Shown here in pieces: positions 12,066 through 25,110 of a stretch of 64,000 bases of DNA; the stretch's first letter is position 1; each line of letters opens with the position of its first letter. The position numbers and the translations under genes are program-made. The notes beneath the pieces are model-generated. The model was not told where the DNA came from, did not search any database, and was given only the letters and a program-made list of their open reading frames with translations. This DNA comes from Octopus vulgaris (lineage: Eukaryota), in the NCBI GenBank assembly GCA_951406725.2, contig OX597832.1, positions 10,788,001 to 10,852,000 of the forward strand, given 5' to 3'.

Positions 12066-14187
12066 GTTACGTATTATGTGTATATTTGCGAGTATGTGTG
12101 TGCGTAAATTAAGTTTTCGTTACGATTGTATGCGAGTGAAAGTGAGCACTTGACTTATTAAATGTATGACAATTGTTTCTCGTCGAATGGCAGTTATGAT
12201 TAATATGAATTTAATCATATTCTCTCTAAATATAAGACAAGACGAATATAGATTGTTCTATATCTGCGTTGCTTTTAGAGATCTATCGATTTCTAGGTTA
12301 TGAACAGGGACATATATAGTTGGAAGGGTAGGCCGCTTACATATTTCTTCAATATAATATATAACCAGGCAACAAAGAAAAATCTCCGTTCTTTCACGTC
12401 TGCTAGAAATAATGGTCGATGTTTCTTCAAATTCTACTCTACTGCGTTAAAAATGTATGCGTTGGATAATATTTTTCTGAACTGCATTAAATGCACGCAT
12501 TTAAAAGACGGGTAGTCGCTACAAGAACACGTGTATATGTTATATCGACAGAAGCTGACCGTTGGCAGCTCATGCAACAAACCAATATATTATATATTGT
12601 ATCACCCTCTAGCATGAGCCAACGAGTAGTTTTTCTCTTTTTCCTTTGAATCATAAACCAAGCATCTCTCAAATTACACACATTACTTTAATTTAATGTA
12701 GGATACACTGGATTCTGATATAAATAAAAAATTCGGAATAGTTTTTGCTCGCAGATATTTTAGAATACCCTTTTTTACTTTAGTTGCGTACCAGTCGATA
12801 ATGTTTCTCCTAGCTATCAAAGCGCATATCAAATAATAGGAATTTGAAGTCTCATTTGGAAATTGTTGATGTGGTTTTTGTTATTGTTGTTCTCAAAATC
12901 ACATTTTGGCGAAGAGTGTAAACATCAACTGTATATGGTGAATTTTCTTTCTTTAATAAATTTGGTCAAGTCTTCTGTGTTTCCATCTGCAGTGTATGGA
13001 CATTATTATGATAGTGTGACTACCACGTTATTTGAGCTAGAAACGTTGTCCTTTCTTTCACACGCTTGTATAATGTTTAAATTGCTCTTCAAATCAGTAT
13101 GGCTATCTGTGGAAGTTTTGAGACTGTATTAGTAGTACAGAAGTATAAGCAATACGTCTACACATTGAAAACAATATAATACAATTTTAGAAATAGCAAG
13201 TTTTTTTAATAGTTGTGTAAATTGGCTCAAAAAAAGTGAGCATAATATTTCAGAAATATACAATACAAAACGTAAAAAAGTAAATCGGAAAACTTTAATA
13301 ACCATTCTCAGCAGTTCTTGCGTTGTTAATACGAGAAAGGTGATCGATATGCTTTCGTGTCCAGAAAATGAAACTACATGACAGAAGTATACCAAACGAG
13401 ACAGTGTATTATTGTAAAGAGAATCTAAGGAAATTAGCATTACTCATGCAAGAAGCCACTGTATTTTCGAAAAATTAAAGCAGTCCCTATATACCTTCTA
13501 AGGAAATATTCCTGATCGATATGCACGACATATGCTTCTGTGAATGGAGTATGGAATATATAACTTTATTTTTACTCGAACAATGACATGAGATGAATGT
13601 TGTTCATACGCCACACACCGGAACATATAACGGCTACAGAGGATTGGGGAGAAGTAACATCAACTAGAATATGGTCTTTTAACGTTGAGCTTGATCACTC
13701 TTAATATTTAGTATATAGAAACTAAGAGTAGATGGTAACTCGATGGTGGCACAAGCAAATATTTCATAGAGTAGAATCTGCGTAAATTTAAATTAAACCT
13801 GTAAAATCCGATATGTTATAATGTGCCACAAGACGTGGTTAGAAAATAAAAGCTATTATAGTGATGGCACAGACGAGGAAAATACAAAAGCGGCAACAAA
13901 CCATTAAAACTTATTGTTAGCGTGTGCTGGAAATCCCCCATCTTATTTCAAGATATTACATTGTGACAATAGGAAAGGAAATAAAGCTGAATAAAATTGA
14001 TATACTGAGTAGAGCTTTACCCAACTTTGGGGAAATTACTTACGTCTATACACTTTTGATTGGTAAAGAAATTTCATATACACCGTTATCTAATAAAACA
14101 TGTTACCTGATGCCAATACTGTGAGATGATGGTGATGATGATGATGTGAGGAAGATGGTAAATATTGTTATTATTATTATTATTATT

Positions 14188-14331
14188 GAGAGAGCTGTGC
14201 ATGCCACCAAAGTGACAATGAGGCAAAATATAAATGGAGCCCAGTGTACCCATCATGACTACCCGTCTGATAAAGGTACCCTAGTTACATGCACCACAAT
14301 CATATGCGCACCACGACATGGTGATCTCATA
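14188..14331 (-). repeat. Fragment of interspersed repeat family C (reverse complement of ~16458-16600)
   Basis: gagagagctgtgcatgccaccaaagtgaca..catgactacccgtctgataaagg..gacatggtgatctcata is the inverse of the 3' part of 16047-16605; flanked by (TAT)n. Confidence 0.8.
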
Positions 14332-14999
14332 GGGTGCTTATTATTATTGTTGTTGTTGTTGTTGTTATAAAGTTGGTTTATACTAATGTCAATCATTTAG
14401 AAAATATCTTCCTTTCTCTGTTGCTCAAACTGCTGAATTAGCATAATGGTGGATGTTAGACTTAGAAAATGGTGGAAATATCATCAAATCCTTTATATAG
14501 ATACATTATATGTGTCAGAAAATTATTTGATGAAAATATCTTTAAAATATATTGTGAGTTGAAACTTTGTATTTATATATTCATTCGTTTGAATTTTATG
14601 TAAATCTTTAAGAGACAAAAGATGCCGTTAGAGGAACTGGTCATGATTTGTTATAATTTGTCATGGTTTTGTACTTGTATTAAGTGACTCCGTAAGCTCA
14701 AATAGACGTAGGTACTCCGGTTATCATCGAACAAATAACCCAGCAGAGCATCCATGTTCTAACAGCTGCAAGGACATAGACCGAACGAGCACAAAACAGT
14801 TAACCATTTCAGTTGAGTAGACGTGAGTAATGTGAATGGATTTCTTTCGAGTACTCAACCCACTAATCACGCGGCAACAACCGTGCACTAACCACTATGC
14901 AATAAGCGTGTGTATGTAGATAACTGTACGTCTCGTGAAGTCTACATTCTTCTCTCAATGATGTGCACTTAAAGAAAATAAAGTTTGTTATTATTATTA

Positions 15000-15030
<31 letters not shown>

Positions 15031-15282
15031 CGTTATTAATATTATCTTCATCAACATCATCTGTTGAGGCAGCAGCAGCATCAGTAGTAGTAGTAGTAGT
15101 AGTAGTAGTATATCCTTATTTCAATGAGAGAAACATAAAGTTGTCTCCGTTTTATCTCTTAAAATGTAAATGTAACATAAAGTTGGATGTTTAGATTTAC
15201 GAAAAATGAAATTAGAAATAAGCTTAATGTATTTATATACATATGACAAAAAACATTACGCACACACACGCACATACATACA

Positions 15283-15352
<70 letters not shown>

Positions 15353-16046
15353 TGTATGGAGACTCTCGCACAAGCTGACACATACAGGCCCACATATGAA
15401 GATATACGAAGAAAGCTTCAAAGTCAACGAAGCTAAGGAAGACAAAAAGGAAAAAAATATATATATAACGGAGGGAAATAAAGCGTATGTTCGACGGGAG
15501 AGAGGAAGAATATGACAAATTCAATGCGTGAAAGCAAAAGAAAATCGAGTTAACAGTACATTAACTTTTGGTCTGATTTAAGATCAAAAGTGGTGTATGT
15601 TATAGGATTTACTATAAAGTAGAATTGAGGAAAATGTAACGTAACTTTCAAGACAACGTTCGATAATAATTGAAGGAAAAAAAGTATATATATATATATA
15701 TCTTTAGGTATGTATGTGTGACGTATATATATTGTATGTAAAATTCTAAGCAGAAATAAATATAGTGTAGGAATAATGTTATGTTTCTATTGTAATGGTG
15801 GATATGAATAATAAAAATAAATGCGAAGAAGAATTAGAAGTGGAAAAAGTGAAAGTGAAAGAAGAAGAAAATAACAAGGCCAACGAGACAATCACGAACA
15901 AGAATAGGACGAGTACTTATGGTTTTATTTCGTCCTTTGGCTGTTTAAAGGGATTATGAATGTGGCCGTACGAGTGCACTGTCATTGATAATAATACAAC
16001 AAAAACTAAATCTAATTAATAATAATAATAATAATAATTAATAATA

Positions 16047-16605
16047 AATGCCCTGGTGCAGTACCCAGTGGTGGCTCTCTTGTCTTCTGGTGTTAACTGA
16101 TTGGAAGTGTTATCATGTACATTGGTTTGTCTTGGTATAAAAGATGGGCTACAGCAAATATTCTGCTCCATACCATAGATTTGCGCGTCAGATGCTTGAC
16201 CTTAACCAGTTGAGCATGTCCCTTAGCGGCTGACGATATGTGCATTTCTGATTATGAGCCGAAGTAGAGAGAGAGCTTCTTAGCCATGTGTTGAGTGGAA
16301 TTCTTTGGGTTTTGTATTATTCACCTTTGGAAACATGGGTGTTTTGTACAACATACTTAAGCAATCCTTAGTCTTGGACCTTTTGAATGCGAAGGGCTAC
16401 TCCTGAGGAAAACTCTAACTGGGCCCCACCTGCGTGTTCATGTGCTGTTTATTTTGATATGAGATCACTATGTCGCCCGCATAGGGTTGTGATGCGTGTG
16501 TCTCGTGTAACCTTATCAGATGGGGAGTCATGGTATGTTTACCAAGCTTCTTATATTTTAACTCAGTGTCACTTTGATGGCATACACTGCTCTCTCACTC
16601 AGTGA
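16047..16605 (+). repeat. Interspersed repeat family C (~560 bp, non-coding, embedded in (TAA)n); strand is nominal
   Basis: Two further partial inverted copies in the window (14188-14331, 38420-38570); TAA repeats on both flanks. Confidence 0.75.
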
Positions 16606-16759
16606 TAATAATGATAATAAGTTTCAAATTTTGCCACAAAGGCAGCACTTTGTGACGATGATAATATGTCATAAAACTCAACGTGACAAAATTGTTTGAA
16701 TATGCTTGGAAGTTTTATCGTACATTGACTTTATATATGTATGTGTGTGTGCTTGTGTG

Positions 16760-16808
<49 letters not shown>

Positions 16809-16810
16809 CC

Positions 16811-17020
16811 AATGTGTGTGTGTGTGTCTTTGTTCCCTAGCACCGTTTGACAACGTGTGTAAGTTTGTTTAAGGTCTTGTGACATAACGCCTCGGAAGAG
16901 AGGGAGAGAGAGAGAGATAGTGTGAGTACCAGACTTGACATCTATGCACTTCGACAAAACTCTAGAATGCTCAGCCCCAGCATGGCCACAGTCCATTGAC
17001 TGGAATTAGTAAAAGGTGTA
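16811..17020 (+). mobile_element. SINE family B, 3' half
   Basis: tgtctttgttccctagcaccgtttgacaac..gctcagccccagcatggccacagtccattgactgg matches 60650-60840. Confidence 0.65.
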
Positions 17021-17773
17021 AGGAAAAAATTATACAATTCTATTGACATCAGATTTGAATAACAACCCAAATGCATATCAGGATTACACACACACACACA
17101 CATACATACTCATATATACATGCATACATATCTGCATATTTATACACGTACACACATAAAGACCCACATAGACCACATGTACGCACGCGCACGAACACAT
17201 TTCCATATTCATAAATGTGAGTGAGATTAAAGCGGAGAACGATTTTATCGGTTACTGCTATATGATCAGAGAAATATTAATGATGTTATTCCAAAACCCA
17301 GCCATACAGGCATGCGTACTTTAGATGTTCGATTTTGAACATATAAAGTAAGCATGAGGGATGAACCTTCTACGTTTAGAAATTGGAATCAAAATTTCTT
17401 AAATCACACCGTTATCCAAAAGATATGAGAAACGGTTTTCATGGATGTAATACTTGCTATGATTTATGTACTAGGGTATAAATCTGGTTTAACAGTAAAG
17501 GCTCTAGTAATATTTAGAAAAAGAAAAGGAATAAAATAGAATTACTGCAGTTGCTGCCGCTGTTGCAGATGATGGTGATGATGATGATGATGAAGATGAT
17601 TATGCTAATGTAGGCCCCGCTACTACAGACAATATTATCGATGTGTGTACTTCGTCATTTACTTTAACAAATCCAAATGAGAAGCTAAGTTGAACAGAAA
17701 CACAACTATTCATAAATGACCACACCCTTTATCTTCCCCCATTACCCCTTTCTTTCTCTCTCACTCTCTCTGT

Positions 17774-17811
<38 letters not shown>

Positions 17812-17815
<4 letters not shown>

Positions 17816-17995
17816 CTCATAAAATACAGTGTATATTTATACATATAAGAGGAATCCACACAAGGAATTCGTCACACTAGAAAGAAAAACTAGGTTCTAA
17901 AACCTTTTACAAACTAGCTGTTCTTTCTAGCGTGATGAATCCTATGAGCGGGTACCTCTTATATGTATAAATGTACCCTGCATTTTATGAGTAAT
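17812..17995. repeat. ~184-bp imperfect palindrome (82-bp arms, 15 mismatches by hand count), foldback/MITE-like
   Basis: 17812-17893 aligns without gaps to the reverse complement of 17914-17995. The 20-nt spacer gttctaaaa-cc-ttttacaaa is itself partly self-complementary. Confidence 0.92.
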
Positions 17996-18184
17996 ACATA
18001 ATCTTTGGACTAAACTTTTACACACTAGACTCACTGGAATTGAAAATTTGTATTAATTTGATTCCCCTTCGATATGGTTATATATATATACACACACACT
18101 CACACACACTCTAACACACACACACTAACACACTCACTCACTCACACATAAATGCAGGTAGATAGATAGGGACAGATATTATAC

Positions 18185-18374
18185 GTTTCAAATTCGGACT
18201 AGTTTTATGCCAATTACATTGACCCCTGTGCTTAATTGGTACTTATTTTATGACCCCGTAAGGATTAAAGTCAAAATCGAACTCGGCAGAATATAAACTC
18301 AGAATATAAACACGGACGAAATGCCGCTAAGCATTTTACCGTGCTTGCTAACCATCCTGGCAGCTCGCCATCCT
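18185..18374 (-). mobile_element. SINE family A, diverged
   Basis: ttgacccc..ttggtacttattttatgaccccgtaagga..aactcagaatataaacacggacgaaatgccgctaagcattt..ggcagctcgcc. Confidence 0.75.
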
Positions 18375-18897
18375 ATATACTATTCATAAGGTGTGTGAGA
18401 ATAAATGTCTATTTTCATATTAGAAAAATCCTGCATTTTCGTATCACTTGAAAAATATTAGATATTTTTCCTATTTCCTCTGTCTTTTCAAGTTTATCAT
18501 ATATCTTCTCTTCCCGGTAAAATGTTTCAAGTTGTTGTTGCTGCTTTATTCACTAATGTACTGGTGAATAGTAATGGATAGTAATGTATATTAATATACA
18601 TACGTCTGATCTAACACAGGCCTGAGCCTGCATATAATATATACGTACATGCATATATTGCAGTGGATTATTACTTCACATAGACATATATCTGAGAAAA
18701 ACTAGTTGATGTATCGCTGTGTACTGTAAGATGCGGAAATATGTCTTTTAAAGGAAAAGAAATCTCTGCAGCTTACACAAGGGTAGCTCCACATGCTCCT
18801 CTTTCTTGATCCCATCCTATACCTATTTGTAAACAGATACTACTAATACCACCACCACCACCACTAATACTACTACTACTACAAAAAAAAAGAAGGC

Positions 18898-19113
18898 GCA
18901 CTCTGTCGGTTACGACGACGAGGGTCCCAGCTGATACGATCAACAGAACAGCTTTATTGTGAAATTAACGTGCACATGGCTGAGCATTCCACAGACACGT
19001 GTACCCTTAACGTAGTTCGTAAAGGAGATTCAGCGTGACACAGAGTGTGACAAGGCTGGGTCTTTTTGAAATACAGGTACTACTCATTTTTGCCAGCTGG
19101 GTGGACTGGAGCA
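18898..19113 (-). mobile_element. SINE 3' portion with CORE-like segment (family F)
   Basis: Minus strand begins ttgctccagtccacccagctggcaaaaatgagta (resembles the second half of a CORE-type domain) and ends cgtaaccgacagagtg; GC-richer than flanks. Confidence 0.55.
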
Positions 19114-19119
19114 ATTATT

Positions 19120-19600
19120 ATTCTTTGGACTGGAGCGACTATTAATCATGTCTCTCACGAAGGGACAAGAATAATAGACGTTCAACACAAGGCTGAGGCC
19201 AAGCTGATTATAAATATACGTCAAGTGACCCTTTTAACCCATCCTATGCAAACAATGGTGGACAAGATATCAGGAAAATATCTACAGCAGTTACCATTTC
19301 TTGACGTGTCACGATAATAATAAGTACAGACTGTCTGCTAGCTAAAAGTTAGTGGAGGGAGCTTGGTGAGAGGGGCAGGAACAAAGATTACTAATGTTTA
19401 TCACTACCTCACTTTAGAATGAGAAGTGTCATTCTGTCTTTCTCGACGGCTGCTGAAACAACAGGCAGAAAGTTAGCTTCATTCTGTCCGTATCCTCTAC
19501 TTCACTGTCTCTATCACTGTTTAAATGTTCATTAAAGCTACCAACGACATAAACAGTAAACAACAACACAAGAGAAACTCGGTATGAGTGATTGCTTTGT
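19120..19600 (-). mobile_element. Possible highly decayed LINE APE-endonuclease remnant
   Basis: Minus frame YVVGSFNEHLNSDRDS resembles the APE motif (I/V)xGDFNxxL..D. Little other support. Confidence 0.25.
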
Positions 19601-19755
19601 TTTCCGCCGAGATCGACTTTGCCTTTCATCCTTTCGGAGTCGACAAATTAAGTACCAGTTACGCACTGGAAACGATGTAATCGACTTAATCCGTTTGTCT
19701 GTCCTTGTTTGTCCTCTCTGTGTTTAGCCACTTGTGGGTAGTAACGAAACGGGTA
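19600..19755 (+). mobile_element. SINE family A, headless (long-tail type)
   Basis: ttccgccgagatcgactttgcctttcatcctttcggagtcgacaaattaagtaccagttacgcactgg..ctctgtgtttagccacttgtgggtagtaacgaaa is the inverse of 3668-3815. Confidence 0.85.
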
Positions 19756-20050
19756 GGAGTGATCTACCTTTCGTTTTTCATTGACTTTCGAGGATAAACA
19801 ATGAACCAATGAACTCTACCTGTCTTTAAGAACTGATACGGTTATTCAACTATTTGTTACAGCTCTGCGCTTGAAATCTGATATTTTGTGATGACTTGTG
19901 TTTTGGACTCAAATGACTATAAAAGGTTTGAGCTTCCTTGAATCCATGTATCTTATGCAATTCATTTTACCAAATACATAGTTGAATTTAAAATGTTTTT
20001 ATTTTGCTATTTCCATGCTTATTACTTTCTGATGCCTTTGTCTTTGTTGT

Positions 20051-20101
<51 letters not shown>

Positions 20102-22949
20102 CATGTGTGTTTGTATTTTGGTATCTATGTATGTGCGTATATGTGCTTGTTTCTGTCTGAATTTGTTTTACTCAAGTTTTGATGGCTGCATACAATTCCC
20201 TCCATGCAAATACACGTTAGAGTTAACATAAGAATTCCTGATATCTTTCTATCCAGACTTCTTGTCCAATGACAGTTCTTCGATTACTTCGTGAGATTCC
20301 ACATATTTTCAGGAAATGGAACAAGTGTACGTTATACGTAATGGATTTATCTGTCTAGAATCTTTGCTAATGTCATAAAACTAATTATGTGTTGTTCTGT
20401 CGCTGTTCAAAGACCTCCATGTTCAATGGTATTTTGATTGTATTTTTTTAATTCGTTTTACTTTGTCAAAACTTTGACTTGCCACTGTTCTACGTGTCCG
20501 CAGTTTGCTATACAAAATCCATATATAATCTCTCATTCATTCTCTCCATCTTTCTTTCTCTCCCCCTCTCTCTCTCTATATATATACACACGCACATATG
20601 CATACCAGTACGTACATATGCACATACACACACATACATACATGCATACAGATAGACAGATGGATGCCTAGCGAGATAGATAGATAGATAGATAGACGGA
20701 TAGATAGAGGGATATATAGATAGATATATAGAGAGATAGATAAGAGCACTATTTAAAGTTATTTACGATAGTTTCATGAGTTATAATGAATTGTTTTCTG
20801 TCTTTTTCAACAGAGTGTTGAAATAATAATGATCATAAACAGTGAACATACTGCATTAATTTAAACAACCCTATTTCAGACATATCTATTCGGTTTGAGG
20901 TCACTCCTCTTTATTCACATGTAGGTATCATGTACAGAAATGTTAGGAAACGTATCTGATGCTGCTTCAAATTCTTTTAAGCAGTTATATCCTTCCCATA
21001 TTATGTAATTAGACGGATCACTATGCTATCTTAATTAGGTCCTTCACTGTCTCCACATCTCACCAAATCGGAATCACTGAATGGTTAACTGACATCCCTC
21101 TACTATGTCCGGTCATGCTTTTTATTTAACAACAAGTGTAAAACCCTATTCCCCTTATTTAGCAAATATATTTTAAAGAGAACTAATCTATCTTTCTTTC
21201 AATTGGAAAACTTACTCTAAAACTTCCCTGAAAATGGCGGCTGTGAAGCAAATGCATATCAGACACATTACTTTATTTATATCTTTATGTTTAGCGATTA
21301 TACACTCACACATGTAATATAGATAGAAATATTCACATATTTATTATTTTAGAAATCCCATAATCTTTACGGATGTTATATCCGAGGTTTTCTCCACTTC
21401 GCCAAATAGAATATATAAAATGTTCTGTGATCTTCGATCGTATTCATAAAATTTATAAATAAAACTAGATTAGTGTTTACCGACAAAGACTTGTTTGATC
21501 TCTTCTTAGTTTGATTCGGTTCATTAGAGAAATATAAAGAAATTATATATATATTTTTTCTTTCTGGTCATTGGTTTTCTTATAATCTTTCAGCTATTAT
21601 AATAACAATATTTGTCTTGAAACAAGGAAACTGTTAGTGTAGAGATATTGATTTAGAAATAAATAGTTTCCGTTACAATAAGTTGGTGAATTTGAAGCAG
21701 ATTGCAACATAAAATACTATGTTTTTAGAACTCAGTTTCGGTACGTTGATATCTTGATGATAATAATATAATATAGCTAGTTATCTTATCTCCGTTTTAT
21801 GTTTTCTTTCAAATTACATCACAAAAGAAGAAATATTAAAAAATTAATGATTCTAATTCTATTACGGTTTCTATTGTTCTATTATACTTACATAATAAGT
21901 GATATGTTTGTATTAAAACGAAATATTTCAATGAATACATTGACCAGTGTACATTCGGCTAGTTGCAACACCCCGCAGTAAGAATTATTTATGTCAATGT
22001 AAGAATGCCGATGGCAGCAGCTATGATTTTAAGCATTGTACTATTAAATACGTCTAGTCAAACATCAGAAAGCCAGATTTATGGCTTTCGGCATTAGTTA
22101 TGACTACACATGTTATGAGTTTGAGATTCGATGATAAATATTAAATCATTTACAATTTTTTTTCTAAATAGTGTTCAGTAATAAATGCAAGAATAATCTG
22201 CTCAGCTGTTTAAACATCTGAGTTGACAACTGAGTTCAGATCCTGCCTGCATCAACTTTAGATTTAATCTTAGCAGACATGATAAGATAAACTAATACTC
22301 AATGTTTGGAAAGGATTAAATCAGCGTTTAAGGGACTGTGGCTCTGATATCTTTCTTTATTATTAAAATTAACTTGAAATTCAGTCTATGAGGCGATACT
22401 ATTTGTTACAGGTAGATATTCCCTATGACCTTGATATTTATGCTGGATACATAAAGGGATATATGGAACTAACCATTCAGCATGCATCTAGAAAAAGGTT
22501 CCGGCATTCTAAACTCATTTTGGGTAATTCATCACATATACAACTACATTTATGACGGGCGTGTTTAACAAAGTATATTACCGTTGTTACTGATATTTAC
22601 AATGAAATTCAACACAGCTTAGCCAAAATTTACTTTTATACTGAGAGTTAAAGTAAATCTGAGAGTTAAAGTAAATCAAATGCTGAGAGCCTAAGTGAGG
22701 AGTTGGTATGGACCATCATTAGAATCATCAGCGTCGTCTGATCTACATGTAAATTAGCTACCCATAATTACTCCTCTTAAAGTATAGTCACCTCGGGCTT
22801 TTGCAACTGAAAAGTTATCAAACTAGCTTGCTCCACCTAAATAATTCTTACAAAGCCTGAATAATTTAGAAAATCGCTAACCCAGACAACTAAAACTGAT
22901 GAAGGTCTACCCATTCGTACACTTTAAATGAGTTGTATAAATGTTCAGG

Positions 22950-23100
22950 CGTTTTCAGTCGAAATTCTATCTAGGTGAATTTTGTCATACATTCCTTCGT
23001 GACCGGTAAGATTAGAAAGCAGTGAAGTAACTGAGCCGATTGAATCGAGGACTTCCTTCGGGTGCAAGTTGTAACCTTCCGCTCAAGTGAGGAAAATATT
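22950..23100 (+). mobile_element. SINE family A, very diverged
   Basis: agtcgaaattctatctaggtgaattttgtcatacattccttcgtgaccggtaagatta resembles the family A body. Confidence 0.4.
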
Positions 23101-23112
23101 ATTGTTATTGTT

Positions 23113-23275
23113 ATGTTGTGTTCTTGAGCAAAACACTTCATCTCACGTTACTCTGCGGTTACTTCTAAAAATCGACGCGTGGTACTCTGAGAACCTGTTC
23201 AGGCAACGTTGATTCGATAGAAAGAGTGAACTCACGTACAGCACATATATTTCATTGCTAACAGCAAGCATTTGT
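23113..23275 (+). mobile_element. CORE-type SINE family E fragment
   Basis: gttgtgttcttgagcaaaacacttcat..gacgcgtggtac..ctgttcaggcaacgttgattcgat..tgaact matches the reverse complement of 30610-30760. Confidence 0.65.
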
Positions 23276-24770
23276 AGTAGTAGTAGTAGTAGTAGTAGTA
23301 GCAGCAGCAGCAACAGAAGCAGCAGAAAGGGTTTATCGATGTATGATAGCAATATTTTATCCGTTTTGTATCTGCTTTTAAAACCAGCAATGTGACTAGG
23401 CATACAGGTATAATTATATTAACCGTTGCTAAAAACAAACTAATTTAATGTTCAAAGAATACAAATAAGAATAGGAAAATTACGTATGAATGACATGCTA
23501 TTCTATAATTCAGTTAAAAGAAACCACCAAATAAAAAAACCAACATGAATAGATATTGTATACGATTCCAAATACTTCTTGATTTATTGATATCATATGA
23601 GAATTTATCGTTTCATGGCTTAAAGCACAGAAGGAGTGTGCGTGTTCTTTCATTGCAGAAGATAAATTGCGTTAGGGTAATGACATAATTAATTTTATCA
23701 GGCTGTTTTCTGTTCCGTGATGATGTGTGAACAAAACTCTAGTTATTACAAAATAACTTTATTAAATATGGCTATATATGATAATAAAGCGTTATATTGG
23801 ACTGACATTCATTCACAACAATATATTGCTTAAACGTATTCCTCAATGAAGAAAAGGAAAGCAAGTCAGCATATGAAAGAAAAAAAAAACTCATTGTCTT
23901 CAAGAAAGGCTTTAAGCAAAATTCATATAACACTATAGCTCCATTGTGATTATACTTCATACTGATGTCTTTTGATACTAATGTTAAACTTTAAGTTCTG
24001 GTAGGAAGTTAGCAACAATCTCTTTGGAAAAGTCCTCGAGGCGAATCATTTTAGATTATTTATAGTTTCGTTATACGCCTATTATCTGAAAATGTAACAT
24101 CTTGTAAAATGTTTCTATAGCGGATAGAGATTGTGTATATATAATGTTTTCCACTGCACAAGGCGCTATATGTGGCTGAAGATGCTCAAATAATTAAAAA
24201 CCAATATATTGCTGGTATATATTTTCATTACAGTGAATGCTGATAAATATCTACATGCAACATTTATTACTTTAAATCAAAATAATCATTACATTATATA
24301 GAAAACTTAGAGGTGTATTCATAAACACAAAGATTTATAGCAGGTGACATGAGATTTGTCTAATAATTCAACATTTAATTACAGCGTGATGTAATCTACA
24401 CACTGGAGATAAGCCGTGTAAATATTTTTCATCATATTCCTGTATGCTCCATAGTTTCGTTGAACGAAATTAATTCAAAGAACGTACATCTCTAATACTT
24501 GCTGTCATGCAGTTTTTTATCTATTTATCTTGTGATAAACATTCCGTTTTGCATTTTTTTTTTTTGCAATTCGATAGAATGTTTTCGATACAATTTTATT
24601 TCTATCTGTTTATAAGTGGTGTGTGATTAAAGCAGTGCACATAAGTATAGGAGCACATAAAACATAAATATATACAATTTTTCATCATTACTAGTCTCAG
24701 CTCGAGAGCCGCGGCCTCGCTGGGGCGACGACATGGCCAACTTGTATGCACATATAGATATGTATATGTA

Positions 24771-24801
<31 letters not shown>

Positions 24802-24802
24802 G

Positions 24803-24862
24803 AATGGTTTAGTTGTTAGAGTGTTGCACTCACGATTGCCTGATCGTGGGTTCGATTTCCAC
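24803..24862 (+). mobile_element. Isolated tRNA-derived SINE head
   Basis: A-box-like tggtttagttgttagag and B-box ggttcgatttcc; no acceptor stem, so not a tRNA gene. Confidence 0.6.
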
Positions 24863-24879
24863 ACTTTGACGACAGAACT

Positions 24880-25110
24880 ACTGCAGCGATACCCACATGG
24901 CCCTCCCCTGGGAAAAGCTCTGACCGAGAACAATATATTTCACTACTCTGAAGAATGCACAATGAACCTGAATTGTGCCAGAGGACCTATGTTGTATGTG
25001 AGATCATCTGTGGCAAATGTGGCGCATCATACATAGGAAGCTCCAGAAAGTTGCATATACGCATTAAGGAATACATTCAGGATGACACTTCCGTGAAGAA
25101 ACGTCTGCGT
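24880..25110 (+). mobile_element. Penelope-like element remnant: GIY-YIG endonuclease fragment
   Basis: LCQRTYVVCEIICGKCGASYIGSSRKLHIRIKEY..TSVKKRL matches the PLE pattern VVYxIxCxxCxxxYIGxTxRxLxxRxKEH..SxVxxH. Confidence 0.8.

Noticed and set aside
19066-19317. LPFLDV motif resembling the Penelope RT C-terminus
   Set aside because: The ORF starts inside a SINE and no upstream YVDD or other RT context is present; likely chance.
24697-24740. Short GC-rich island with cctcgctgg, reminiscent of an HDV-like ribozyme L3
   Set aside because: Could not build the nested P1/P2/P3 double pseudoknot by eye.
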